A stretch of DNA of 62,712 nt, the filler included, from Sphacelaria rigidula (taxonomy: Eukaryota): assembly GCA_964200075.2 (NCBI GenBank). It is 11 parts of 11 records of this genome, joined end to end, with 100 filler letters (N's around TTAATTAATTAA, not from the genome) between each part and the next. Parts side by side here need not be neighbours in the genome. Positions count along the whole stretch, not along the records: positions 1 to 5,611 come from CAXNAA020025877.1; positions 5,712 to 11,322 come from CAXNAA020025878.1; positions 11,423 to 17,032 come from CAXNAA020025879.1; 8 more parts are not named here. One strand, 5' to 3'. The notes beneath the pieces were generated by a model that did no database searches, was not told the DNA's origin, and was given only the letters and a program-made list of their open reading frames with translations. The position numbers were made by a program, and so were the translations under genes. Each line of letters begins with the position of its first letter. The first letter of the stretch is position 1. This document shows positions 1 to 11,957 of the stretch, in pieces.

Positions 1-69
1 CTGGCCATTTTTCGTACCTTTCCTAGGCAAAAAACTAGAAGGCATACCTTTTCTAGGCCATTGCTCTTA
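1..69. mobile_element. Terminal fragment of the long-TIR element seen at 6101-7098
   Basis: ATTTTTCGTACCTTTC..GGCAAAAAAC.AGAAGG.ATACCTTTTC.AGGCC.TTGCTCTT matches 7007-7068; truncated by the contig start. Confidence 0.75.
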
Positions 70-1859
70 GTTGAAACAGAAAATACCCCGTGAACAACAA
101 CAACAACTGTCGTGCAGCCAGGCATAATAACCGAGGAGGACACTCGATCGCCGGATGTACCTCAAGCATTCACGCGCATCAGCCTATCAAGGACAGCAGG
201 CACGTAGTAGGCGACGAACAAAAAACAGAAATGGTACAAATCATCAACCTGTCGAGCCCACTATAATCACACAGACCCTCAGCCGTGTGCAATGCCCTTG
301 GCGATATTTTTTTTCAAATCTTGAGTTTTTTTTTAGTGGACTTACGTCGTTTTTCTTTTCTGTTTGAGCAGCATCCGGCGTGCGCGAACGGCCGATGAAC
401 GATCAGTCGGCCCCAAAATGACCATATTTCGCCCCAATTCCGAAACACAGAGAAGAACCTTGGGAACCCGAAAGACGGTAAAAATCGCGAAAAAAAGCAC
501 AACTGGCTCTTTTTCTCCGGTTCATCGCTGGCATACGATAACTACGCCTAGTCTGGAACCACTAGTTTACATCACAGCCTTCAATTACTCAAAACGAGCC
601 AAATTCGTCGAAATTCGGCCGAAAATGTACAGATTGGACGGAATTTGGTCGAAATTTGGCCACGTTTGACCCAACGATTCTAAGGTTGTAGGTCTAGTCT
701 AGTATTTTGTTTTTGTTTTTTCCAGTGGCCATCTCCACAACTATATAGTTTTAACGAACCTAACCGTAACCTAAGCGTAACATCTTGAGCACCTCCGTTT
801 ACGAGATGCGGCCTCTCCTCCAAAACGGACTTGACTTGTGGGACAGAGGAAGCACGCATCTAGAGTGGCTGGTCAAAAAGATACCTGTACGGCTGCGTTT
901 GTTCTTGGTATCGTCAACACCAGTATTCGCTCAATTATGACTAATGTCACTAGGACGTTCCCTCTGGTGTCATGAAAGTGACACGTCTCCGGACAGTAGA
1001 TCACGCAGGCAAAAAGTGTTACAGCGTACGGTATCGAATCTTTTGTCTATCGCAGTAAGACATGAGATTCGATACCGCATGCAGTAACTATTTTTGTCTA
1101 TGTTTTCTGTTGTCCTTGTCCAGAGCGTAGAAAATTGACAGCTTGAACGACGCCAGTGCGTATTCGGTCTGCCCACTTGTCCTCCCTCGCGCAGTAAGTA
1201 CTACATCGTAAGTTTACGTATGTGTCCATGTACTTTTTTTAGAAGATGGGATAATGCGTGACCAGCTTGTATCGAGCTAAAAATGGCAGAAGTGGGAGGA
1301 CCCCCATCACCTCCCCTTATATATTTTTTCTACTAACTGCTGATTCCAACGCACCCCTCCCCCCGAGGTGGTGTGCGTTGTTGTGTGGTTCTTGTCCTGT
1401 TGTGCCTAGTATATTCGTACGCATAGCCCTCTAGAGGTACAAGGGTAGAACCCTGCGACTCGTATTGCTTTGGCTGGTGATCGTGGCTCTCGAGTTTGGC
1501 TCCCTTCCTGGTTGGCCTCGTGTGTTGAGTGGACCAATGGGCCCTGCCTCCAGTAGCCCGAATGGTCGCATATGACATCGGAACTTAGAGGGCTAGCAGT
1601 AGTCCTTTTTACTTTTTTTTTCTTCTCTTTTTCGTTTTTGTTTTGGTATTTGTTTCTTATTTATTTTTATTTGTTTTGTATCGCGTCTGTGTGAATTGTT
1701 TCTGGGTCCGATTTTCTTTTATGATTTTCCATTACCCTAGCTTGGGGTAGTTAATGTTGGCCTGTGACCACGGAAGGCGTCCGCATCAGACGCCCAGTAC
1801 AGAGTACTGCGCAGATTTCGGAACGGTTTTTTAATGTAAAGACAACAGCAACAACAATA

Positions 1860-2026
1860 CAAGGGTAGGTCGAGTAGAGTATACTCAATTACGGGATATT
1901 TTGAAAGTCGTACTTGAAGTACACACATCGGGTATAATCTCCCAACACTCTACCCTAATTTGAGTACCCCAAGTATGTATTTCAAAATATCCCGCAATTG
2001 AGTATACTCTACTCGACCTGCCCTTG
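1860..2026. mobile_element. ~165-bp MITE-like inverted repeat
   Basis: CAAGGGTAGGTCGAGTAGAGTATACTCAATTACGGGATATTTTGAAA (1860) is the near-perfect reverse complement of TTTCAAAATATCCCGCAATTGAGTATACTCTACTCGACCTGCCCTTG (ends 2026). No clear TSD. Confidence 0.75.
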
Positions 2027-2128
2027 ACAACTTTTTAGATGAGTGGTGGAGGCGATGTTTCTTTCGTGCTTGCGCACGCGTGCTCACTCCGTGGTACGTC
2101 GGGCATTTGCCATCTGATTTGATGCCAG

Positions 2129-2254
2129 GGGGACTTCGTGGACCGAGGACATAACAGCGTGGAAACGTTCCAATTACTGATGGCGCTAAAGGCCAGATGG
2201 CCAGACTGCATGACACTACTGAGGGGCAACCACGAGTCGCGACAAATCACGCAG
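2129..2254 (+). CDS. PPP6C: Internal exon of a PPP-family Ser/Thr phosphatase catalytic subunit (PP6-like); absent from the ORF track
   Basis: CAG|...|GTCAGA, 126 bp, phase 0/0. Encodes [42 protein letters not shown], with the GDxVDRG and RGNHE signatures. GDFVDRG is typical of PP4/PP6, whereas PP2A has GDYVDRG. Confidence 0.93.
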
Positions 2255-2281
2255 GTCAGAGCCACTGTTCTGTGTTTTCTT

Positions 2282-2558
2282 GGGGGGTGAGGGGGTGTAC
2301 TCATGATCTTGCATGTCATAGTCATCTGATCATTGACCTCGCATCCCTACTGAGACGGGATGGAGCACGCCCGGGTTTCGTTGGACCAGGCTCGCACTCA
2401 ATCACCAAGCGCGAAGCGCCGTGGTGTGCTCGGCGAGCCGCATGAAGGGTAAGCTGCATCCTGCTAAGATCGTTCGGCCCGAAGCCTTTTGATTATCTTG
2501 CATTCGGATGACAGCCTCGAATGAGTTGCTTCATTTTCTAGTATCGCCACTTCCAGAG
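2282..2558 (-). mobile_element. Retroposon-like 'family A' 3' end with C-rich tail, inside the phosphatase intron
   Basis: G-run followed by GTACTCATGATCTTGCATGTCATAGTCAT...TTGACCTCGCATCCCTAC; aligns with 29281-29598 and 5712-5888. Confidence 0.75.
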
Positions 2559-2911
2559 TCAGGGTCCCGAATCCTAACCCTAACCCCGACGCTTTTCACA
2601 AGTCTAACTCGCTGTAATTTCAAGTACCTTTCACCATGCCGGTATAGTGGACGTTCGTTTGTCGCTGTTCGGCTACAGCCTAATCATGGTAAGCACATTT
2701 CACATCTTGCGCTAACCCCATAACTCTAAACCTGACCCTTACCCCGCATACCGATAACCCCTGGGCGAGGGGAGTGCGTAGGGTTCCCTAAACAAAGTGT
2801 GCGTTTGTAGAACTCAAATTGGCGCCTGCTTAGGCACCGATCTCAACGAAAATGCGTTCTGCGCACGCTAGAAGCACTCGGGACTGTCAGCAGATGCGCG
2901 TTCGTTCCATG

Positions 2912-3311
2912 CCCTAGATAATGACAATTTATTGCATTGTCAAAAGTGTACTGCGTACAGTATGGAATGTATTGCCTAATACAAATTTTGTTTTGTTTTT
3001 GTTTCTAGGTCGGCCATCTCTTTTTTTTGTGCTTTGCTCTTGTTTATTTTTTTCATTCTCTCTTTTTTTCACGTCTTGGTCTGCTATGTCGTTCTTTTCG
3101 ACTTTTTTTCTGCTCCTTCGTTTTCTTGAACGAGTGTTTCAGTTTTGCTTCTCTTGGGTTCGTCTATGATGCGACCACGGCTGAACCCATTGGTGGTCAG
3201 TTGAAGTGCGAGAATCAATCGAAATAAAAAAAAACAATAGACGCAATAGTCGATACTACACTCGGTACACTTTCATTTTCGACAATGTAGTCCACTGTCA
3301 TTAACCAGGGT
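2912..3311. mobile_element. MITE interrupted by a T-rich, AATC-tailed retroposon fragment (~2985-3235)
   Basis: The left part (TGTCAAAAGTGTACTGCGTACAGTAT) and right part (AATAGACGCAATAGTCGATAC...GTACACTTT...CCAGGGTG) match the two halves of the uninterrupted element at 33322-33455. Confidence 0.6.
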
Positions 3312-3882
3312 GTGCTGAATTTGAGTTGTCTCTGCGAAGGGTCGGATCTCCGTCACCGAAAGCATGAAGACGTACGTGAGGACGCACGTAAGTAGCAAAA
3401 AGAGTTCGACTGTTTATTTAATGAGAGTCGACGTGGCGCGGGAGTGTTGGTATTCATGATCCAATTCGCGAGACCAAAATGTAAGGAGGCGTGTACCGGG
3501 GTAGAGATGGATTGATCCCTTCACACCACCGTCTCGTCCCGAGGGAGAAGGGGGAGTGTTGAAAGTGTGATTCTATATTGAAATAAAAAATGAGCTCGTT
3601 GTCCTGGACCTCAGTTGTGCCGACGTTAACATCCCCTCGGAATCAAGGTGATTTTTCCAATTTTGAAGATCTCGCATTTCCAGGGGGCGTTTGCGTCAGT
3701 TCGCTGGGGTCCGGGATAGCACAACCAGCTTACTATTATTAGTCATGATGAAAAATATAGGATATATTACATTTCTGCACACGGTGGGTACAATCGATCC
3801 AAGCACTAAAGTATTTTGTACCGGAGGGTGAATGAAGGATGTTACTGTTACCTGCTTTTTTGCCCGTGCGCCCCCGTATGTA

Positions 3883-4102
3883 CCCGTAATTGTGCGAGGC
3901 ATCGCACACCCCCTGGACCGAATTTCAAAGCTCGATCACTCCACAACAAGAAAAGCAACAATTCTGAAAAGGGTGGCGCCCGAAAGATCTCGTCGATAGC
4001 TGTCCGAAAACGCGCCGTTTGGTATTGGCACCCTCTTCGTCATGGAGTAATCGCGCTTTGAAATTTGGTCCAGGGGGTGTGCGATGACTCGCACATTTAC
4101 GG
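3883..4102. mobile_element. 220-bp Tc1/mariner-type MITE with TA target duplication
   Basis: TA|CCCGTAATTGTGCGAGGCATCGCACACCCCCTGGACCGAATTTCAAAGC ... GCTTTGAAATTTGGTCCAGGGGGTGTGCGATGACTCGCACATTTACGG|TA; TIRs about 60 bp. Confidence 0.85.
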
Positions 4103-4746
4103 TATTTTGCGCAGCAAACACGCGATTATTTATTCGATTATTTATTCGCACTTTTGATGCATTTTCGTGCACTGCAACTCTTTTTGATTTCTGCCTCGCA
4201 ACTCTACCTTCGACGTGCCTCAGCATTGATTGATTCGTTTGATTGATTATCTCACATTGGCTAATTGCAACAATCCAGCCCGTGGTCAGGAGCAGCAAAA
4301 AAAAACAGAATGGTGGAAGAAAAAAGGAGGAAAGGAACAGAAGAAGACAGAAGCAACGGCGTCAGGAGGGAAAGAAGAAATGAAGCAGCGATAACAACAA
4401 AAACAACATCATCACCAACAACTACAGCAAGAACAGCACAAACAAACACAAATAATACAACAAGATGATTCTCTCGCATTACGTGGCTGATTGCAATACT
4501 CCAGCTCGTGATCTGAAACAAAAAAGAAGGAGAAACATGAAAGAATAGAACGTAAAGAATGGAATACAATAGACAAGAAGACAGAGCCAGGCTCGTTTTC
4601 GGCGGTGGGGAGGATGCGCAGCTTCCGTTCTCGAACTTCGTGCCGCAAAAAATACTCGTTTGGCTCCGTCCAATGGATTCGTTTGTTGTTCCTGTTATTC
4701 CGTTCTGAACAACCTTCCGCTCTGTCTACTGTTTTTTTTTTTTTTC

Positions 4747-4773
4747 GTGTGTGTGTGTGTGTGTGTGTGTGTA
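4747..4773. repeat. (GT)n microsatellite just upstream of the splice acceptor
   Basis: Read directly from sequence. Confidence 0.9.
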
Positions 4774-4805
4774 TCATGTTTGTTCCTTCATCCACACACA
4801 CGCAG

Positions 4806-4967
4806 GTGTACGGATTCTACGAGGAATGTATGCGCAAGTACGGTAATGCCAACCCGTGGAAATACTGTGTGGAGGTGTTTGACCATCTTAGTCTCGCGGC
4901 CTTGGTAGACAACGAGGTGCTATGCGTCCACGGCGGGCTTTCCCCAGATATACGGACGATAGATCAG
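4806..4967 (+). CDS. PPP6C: Next exon of the same PP6-like phosphatase
   Basis: CAG|...|GTACGG, 162 bp, phase 0/0. [54 protein letters not shown] continues directly from ...RQITQ. YGNAN and [13 protein letters not shown] favour PP6 over PP4. The family call is secure; the paralog call is less so. Confidence 0.92.
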
Positions 4968-5611
4968 GTACGGCACAGTCGAGGATGGTACGTGAGCTAG
5001 CTGCTCTTGATGATACTCGTGCACGGCTGTCCGATACTATTTTCACAGACGGTGTAAGAGCGCGCAGATTCAGATATATACGATTCAAGAAGTAAGTGGC
5101 CTGCCTTCCTATCATGCGCTTCATTTTATTTTTATTTTATCTCTCTTCTCGTGTTTCCGCAGGTAGTTTACGCGTCGGATAACTTGACTCAGAAAACTCA
5201 TTTTCGTACGAGTCACCTGCTGCTTTCTGCGGTATATATATCAGCGGCCATTTCCATTGAGTTATATGGTCTTACTCAGCGGTACTTTTTCCGCACCGGA
5301 TGGGTTACACCACATGCCTGAGTTGATTAGCCCGTGAGTTGTCCGACGTGTGAAATTGTAACACGTTGAGTACCGTCTGCCCACACATTTTCCGTGCGAT
5401 TCGATCCACAAAGAGATTTTTGTTTTGTCACTCAGCTGTTTCAGACCACTTCTTACTGGACCGGAAGTGCAAACCGACTCGATCAAAAGTGTCAGGGGTC
5501 GGACGAATCATCGCTGTTTCGAATAACCAGATCTACGATTTCTGAGGCCCGATTGCTCGAAAAAGGGGAGAGGGGGGGGGGGGGGGGAAGAAGTTTTTTT
5601 TGTTGGGTTGG

Positions 5612-5711
5612 NNNNNNNNNNNNNNNNNNNNNNNNNNNNNNNNNNNNNNNNNNNNTTAATTAATTAANNNNNNNNNNNNNNNNNNNNNNNNNNNNNNNNN
5701 NNNNNNNNNNN
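5612..5711. other. Artificial contig linker N44-TTAATTAATTAA-N44 (first of 10)
   Basis: Identical 100-bp spacers also at 11323-11422, 17033-17132, 22743-22842, 28453-28552, 34163-34262, 39873-39972, 45583-45682, 51293-51392 and 57003-57102. The core has stops in all six frames. The contigs between are all 5610-5611 bp, as expected for a length-sorted concatenation. Confidence 0.99.
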
Positions 5712-5888
5712 CCGTGGTGTGTTCGGCGAGTCGCAAGAAGGGTGAGCTGCATCCTGCCAAGATTGTGCGGCCCGAAGCGTACTGATTATCTTGCATTTGA
5801 ATGACAGCCTACGATGAGTTGCTTTATATTGTGGTATCGCCACTTCCCGAGACAGCCATGGCTTACACACTGCCTCATGGGTGTCTAA
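5712..5888 (-). mobile_element. Family A internal fragment
   Basis: CCGTGGTGTGTTCGGCGAG...GATGAGTTGCTT...GTATCGCCACTTCC.GAGACAGCCA...CTGCCTCATGGGTGTCT aligns with 29424-29598. Confidence 0.75.
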
Positions 5889-6100
5889 CCAGGCAGGGGG
5901 GGGGGCAGCAGACCACAGCCAATGCTTGCCCTGCGGACCAGGAGACTCCAACACACGGACGATGATAGAACACCCCTCTGGTTTGCTCCGTAGATACAGA
6001 GTGCATCATGTCGATGCAGAAGCAAGTAGCCCATACACAAAACTCCGAGCATCTTCATGAGCACTATATAAGGGATATACACGTTACACGTTACACGTTC

Positions 6101-7098
6101 ACGTAACGTTACGTATGTCATGTTAAGAGAAAGAGCAACGGCCTAGAAAAGGTATACCTTCTCGTGTTTGCCCAAGAAAGGTACGAAAAATGGTCAGAAA
6201 CGCGAAAACAGCCAAACACGCCATTTTGACCGCTTTCGCTCCAAGTTTTTCACGCACATTATTCAGTGGGGGCATTGGCACCCGGGCCTCACCAAAAAAC
6301 GGGGGGGAAACATGCTACTCGAGAGATATGGCCACGCGAAAATGGACGTATCGCCTCCAGAAACCGCTTCCCTTTTGTATGTCAAATTTCGACTAGGTAT
6401 ACCTGATCTAGGAATTCTTTTTCAATCGTACCTTATCTGGGCCACCGATCGGCCGAGAACGTACCTATGCTAGTCCATCGCTCTCTACACTGTACCTGAT
6501 GCGGCACATCGCGCGCAAGGGAGTCTACGCGTTAACTCCAACCATGGCGCCCACACCTTCGGCTCTTTTCCCGCCCATTTGCCGTTCACGGACGCCACGA
6601 CGACCACGCCCCTTTCTCCCCGTAATGGTTCCCGAGTCTCTCCGCTTTTACTGTTCTGTCCCTATCTCTCCATGCGTGACGACCAGTACTGTATCCGTTG
6701 CTTGAACCAACCATCGATGATGCGACAACTGCTCGTCGGTGGCGGAAGAGCCTAGCTTGACCCGATAAGGTACGATTGAAAAAGAATTCCTGGATCAGGT
6801 ATACCTAGGCAAAATTTGGCCTACAAAAGGTAAGCGGTTTCTGGAGGCGATACGTCCATTTTCGCGTGGCCATATCTCTTGAGTAACGTTTTCCCCCCGT
6901 TTTTTGGTAGGCCCGGGTGCCAATGCCCCCCCTGAATGATGTGTGTGAAAAACTTGGAGCGAAATCGGTCAAAATGGCGTGTTTGGCTGTTTTCGCTTTT
7001 CTGACTATTTTTCGTACCTTTCTTGGGCAAAAAACGAGAAGGTATACCTTTTCGAGGCCGTTGCTCTTTCTTTCAACATGACATACGTAACGTTACGT
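6101..7098. mobile_element. ~1-kb element with ~340-bp inverted arms
   Basis: 6101-6441 is the reverse complement of 6761-7098. This is also visible as the mirrored ORFs 6168..6473(+) and 6821..7030(-). The core is non-coding. Confidence 0.88.
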
Positions 7099-7204
7099 TC
7101 ATCACGTAAAATATTCTAGACGTCACGTTTCGTTACATGTAACGTGTAACGTCCAATATAACGTTACGTTGACACGTGAAACGTTCGAATGTAACGTTTC
7201 ACTA

Positions 7205-9171
7205 GAGAGTTTCGGAAACAAAAAACTGGACGGAAAAACTCAGGGTTAGGCCAATTCAAATGTCAGCCGTTCAAAATCCCTGTCGAAAACTGCCTTTTTG
7301 GCCCTTCTCCGTCGATTTACGCCTGGAAAGAGGGCTAGGCGGATGTTGACGCTTTGGAATGACTTGCTCTACTCGTTGAGACAGTTCCAGGGCAACTTTG
7401 CTTTTTCCGCTGGCCGCAGTTTTCATTTCGGCCAAACCAGGTCAAACACGGATTTTCAGTAAAAAACGGTCAGGTGATCAAAATCCCCCCTTGTTTTTTC
7501 ATGGCTTGGCCGTTTTTAATTGAAATTCAGTGTTTGGCCAAAAATCAAAGTGCAGCCAGCGGGAAATGTAAAATTGCCCTGAAACGATCTCAATGGGTAG
7601 AGTATTTGATTCCAAGGCGTCAACATCCGCCTAGCCCTCTTTTCAAGCGTAAAACGACGGGGAAGGGCCAAAAAGGCAGCTTTCAACAGGAACTCTGAAC
7701 GGCTCCAGTCAGAGTCGGCCTTGGGGTTTAGAAGTTAGGATTTAAGGCCAGGATATGACGAATATTCCTAGTTAAACACCGAAAACTGAACCTATGAGAA
7801 GAGAGGTGCGCAGCAACTCAGGATTTATTTGAAATTTTTCAAATAAACCCTGAGCTGCTGAACACCCCAAAGCGTTGGTGCCCAACTCAGGGTCAGGCAA
7901 CGGAACTAGACAACCTGCCCCATAACGACCAAGGTTATAGAACACAGCCGTAGGAAAAATATCGTAAGTGGGGCGATGGCGGATGCCGTGAACGCCCGTG
8001 ACAGCGTTGGTGATAGCAGCCCGTTCACGAGGGTGACCCAAGACTATGAGGAAGACTTGGAGGCGAACGGGGGGGCCGAGACATCAGTCGACCTGGCTTA
8101 TGATGACGCGGAAGGGCAGGAGTCGGCTGCTCAAGCAGCCGCTAGAGGACTTGACAAAATGACCACTCAACGTGAAGCTTGCGTCGCGCAAGTACACCAC
8201 CGTTGGGTGGCCATTTTGTCGAAGTCCTCGTAGCGGCTGCGTGAGTGGCCAACTACCACCCTTCCGCATTATCTCTAGCCAGGTCGACAGGTGTCTCTGT
8301 TCCTCCGTTCGCCTCCACGCGGCCAGGATTATTACTGCGTAGTGAAGCTTTATCGAGAATGACTGTACTTCCTCAAAATATGCACACGCACGCACACAGA
8401 TGTGTGCACACTTGTACTACAGACACAGTACACAGAAATGTCTACAGACAGTGCAACAGTACAACTCTCGACTGTCACAACTTGTACTAGTCCTGTACCA
8501 CATACCGACATGTGCAGGACTTGTGAATGACTGGCGGGCGCCGAAGTGCACTGCCTGTGTGCCCAACGCTGTGTACTGTGCCGGGTTCGTACCCGGAGGC
8601 TGTGTTGACGATACTACTGGCGCGTATTCAACGGTACGGGGACAGCACAAACAACTAGAGTCATGCTACGATAGGACGGGGGGTATGTTTGAGCCATTGC
8701 TTCCACGAAATTCAACTTCGAATCTTCGTTGTAAGAAGCAACGATCGTCCGAACGCGCGTGTTACTGTACCGATAAATAACGCTTATTCATACTGCTTGA
8801 CGCCGTTTTACCCAAGTACAAGCGCACGGCGAGTTTGTCAGGTTGTCCGAAGCACCTATGAGTCCTTTTTTCCTAGAATCAAACACCCAACCTATCGTAG
8901 CACGGCTCTGTACATGCTCTTCCGCGCTGTACGGGTAGCAGCGCATGGGTGGGCGCAGATTACAAACGCAGAACAGCACGGCGCGACTTTTACCTCTTCA
9001 ACTCATGCCACCGACCACGTTGTATTCGGAACAGAAAACACTAAGCCCTGAAAAGTTGGCCACGGTCCACACCTAGGTGGTGAAAAAACAAACAAACGGG
9101 GGTTTAAACGTAAACAATCCAGTCGTTTCTCACTTATCCCTGAGTTTTTTTCTCTTCTTTCCGAAACTCTC
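7205..9171. mobile_element. ~2-kb TIR element (GAGAGTTTCGG termini, TA flanks)
   Basis: TA|GAGAGTTTCGGAAA...AAAAACTCAGGG at the left and CCCTGAGTTTTT...TTTCCGAAACTCTC|TA at the right. The same right end recurs at 22843-22979. Confidence 0.8.
7265..7704. mobile_element. ~440-bp palindromic MITE nested in the 7205-9171 element
   Basis: AGCCGTTCA...CTGCCTTTTTGGCCCTT...GAGGGCTAGGCGGATGTTGACGC is mirrored by GCGTCAACATCCGCCTAGCCCTC...AAGGGCCAAAAAGGCAG...TGAACGGCT; arms about 175 bp or longer. Confidence 0.85.
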
Positions 9172-11957
9172 TATTCTGTGCATGTTGCGGCTCCTTTACC
9201 GGTGTTTAAGGCGTTGTAACGTGTCGTGTAACTAACGCGTGACGTCATCGTGGACGTGACGCTGAAGCACAACCTTCCAGGATTTGAAAATTCATCGCAA
9301 ACTTGAAGTTGTCACCGCTTCATGTGACGTGTTTATGACGTTTCGTGTAACGTGTAACGTCTAATGCACGTGTAACGTGTGATATACGTTACACGTAACA
9401 TGAAACGTTTCAAATTACGTGTTTTTAACGTTCGGGCAATTTACCGTTCACGTTACGTTTCGGCCAACACGTAACGTGAATGTAACGTGTAACGTGTATA
9501 ATCCTGCAATATGTAATGCAGCCATGTGTGTGTGTGTGTGCTCAGGGACCAAGATCCGACCTTTAGAAAATGACTTGACAAACACGTAATCTACTTCAAG
9601 TGGAAGTGGAAGGGGAGAGGGGGCAGGGGGGGGAGGAAGGTTGCTTATAATCATCATGTTGTAGATGCCTCGACTATCGAGCAATTGGCCGCACATCCTT
9701 GAGAGGGCTATGAGTATTTTCCGCAGCACAGCCTCCCGCTGATGGCAAATCGCTTCTCACTGCGTTTTTACTCTTCTCAAGAAGGTGGGCCACGCATTTT
9801 TCGTCCAATAATCAGAGTTTACCGTTTTCCTGCAGGTGTTGGCTATCAAGCGCTGAAGGTATCCTGTACCCCCAACCCCTGCAACAATATTTTGGTCCAC
9901 GGTACCTTATCCATGCCCCACTTCCATACCCTCGTTCCGAAGGGGACCGCGGTGGGGTAGGCCCAGAAAAGGTCCGTGATTATCAACGCCTTTGACGGTG
10001 CGTGGAAGAAGACCACCTGGAGGGTACAAGTACAACCACACGACAGCAGAACAAGAGGAAATCAACAAAAGGAAGAGGAAATCGTCTACATCTACTCATT
10101 CTGTTTGCTGAAGTTTCCGCGGTTACGACTGCGAGTCATGCGGCGGAAGGGTTGCACAAAGTATTTCTCATGCCAAAATTTGATGGGACCCCTTCATCCC
10201 ATGCAAAAAACGACGAACGAAACATGAGAGAGCATTTCACGAATACCATTCCGATGGGCTACGGACATCTCTGTGGGTTTTAAAGAGGGAATGTCCTGAC
10301 ACCATTCTTACCTAGCTACTAACTTTAGGAGCCCCTCAATGAGGAACATATAGGCCCAAATGTGCCACCCTACCGCGGCATGATTTTTACCCCGCTCTTT
10401 CTCAAGCTGCGTCCTGAATTGGATATTTTCTCCCTTGAACGCGAAGGCGGGGTATCTGTCGTATTGAAACTGCGCGAAAGTCAGCAAAACAAGCCCACTT
10501 CTCCAACTGTGAAAAAGCATGAAACACACAAAAGAACCGAGTGGGGAATCAAGAATATCAATCGAAAGCCGAAAAAGAAGCAATCTGACAGCAAGACAAA
10601 CACATACAGCAAACATACAGCGAGCGAGAGATCAATCGGAGAGGAGATATACAGGGACACACTGAACAGCCATGGCATCCAGTTGGCAACAGAAGGCCTT
10701 TTCATTCACATGTGCAGGCGTGCGTTTACACGAGTATGCGTATACGTATACGAATGCGTATGTGTAAGGCGTATGAACATGCGTATGCGTATGAAGGGTG
10801 TACTTTCTGCTCGTTTTAGTCGTCATACTTCCAACCCGCTCCCTTCCTCGGGACGAGTCCATGGTATCACGAGATCGAATCATCTCTCCCGCCGTAGTCC
10901 AAGCCTTGCAGTCAAACAGATCAACCCGTCTCTCTCCCGGCGGTACTTGCCTTGCACTTCACGAGGGAGCAGTGGAAAATGACCCCTCCCGTAGCCCGTC
11001 GACTCCCACCCACCATTACAGCGCGGTAGGCTGCCAGCCCTAGTGGCCGCACCACGAGATGATCAAGAGCATACAGCGTTACGATGGTATACTTCGTACA
11101 GTAGCAGTAGTGCACTGCTAGTGAGCAACACGTCGGGAAGAAGCGCAAGCCGAACGTTTTGAATACGGCAAGATACAGGGCTCAAGAAATCGGTCTGGAA
11201 TGTCGGTCCTGCCTTTTCTTTCGCTCATCTCTCAGCTCACCTCAACGTTTTCAAGGGTCGGACAAATAATGATTCGTCTGGAAATTACTTGGTTTTAGTA
11301 TGATAAGTCGACTCGTGACAAANNNNNNNNNNNNNNNNNNNNNNNNNNNNNNNNNNNNNNNNNNNNTTAATTAATTAANNNNNNNNNNNNNNNNNNNNNN
11401 NNNNNNNNNNNNNNNNNNNNNNGGGGGCCAGGTAAATGCCCCGGTCCCCCCGTTTTTGGTGGGGGGGGGGGTGGTTGGGGCGAGTTTGGGCTCCCCCCCC
11501 CCCCCCCCCCCCCGTCCTCCGTCCCCCCCGTCCCCCGAGAATTGTGACAAATTTCGAAGATCGATGGAGTGATCATTTGTACAGCACTAATGGATTCAGC
11601 TAGTTAAATATGACTGTCAGGTATATTTTGTTGAGTTATCGCTTGATTCGCTGTTCCGTACGAGCCAAGTCAAATGTTCCCGGCGATACTTTTCCATGTT
11701 TCTTGAACGTTCAAATGTGTTCCTGTACCATATCTTGTAGTGGTGTACATGAACGTGCGGCCAAGGGGTGTCACATCACTCTGCGCCTAGAGTCCACCCA
11801 AAAATCTGTCAAGCTTGACGGGGTTTACCCTATATCCTGGCAAGGAGGCTGCCGTGTGCAGCCACAAGTCTGAGATACTCATGTTAGTTCCCGTGTTGAA
11901 ACGAAGTTGTCTCCTCGGAGTACCGATATCCCTTGTTTTCGAGAGATTGATACTAGT

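Larger units (their letters stand above)
6077..9500. mobile_element. Outer non-autonomous TIR element with ACGT-rich subterminal repeats, carrying nested insertions
   Basis: TATACACGTTACACGTTACA at 6077 is the reverse complement of TGTAACGTGTAACGTGTATA ending at 9500. ACGT/GTAACGT-rich blocks at 6077-6120, 7080-7200 and 9215-9500. Confidence 0.65.

Noticed and set aside
4605..5000. 131-aa ORF as a complete phosphatase gene
   Set aside because: Only 4806-4967 is exon; the rest is intron read-through, including the (GT)n tract.
6168..7030. Two near-identical convergent ORFs (MPKKGTKN...)
   Set aside because: A consequence of the inverted arms of a TIR element; likewise 13306-13665 and 13592-13864 in the foldback.
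10362..10982. 206-aa ORF
   Set aside because: It runs through low-complexity sequence and a dispersed repeat (10830-10935); no motif or splice support.
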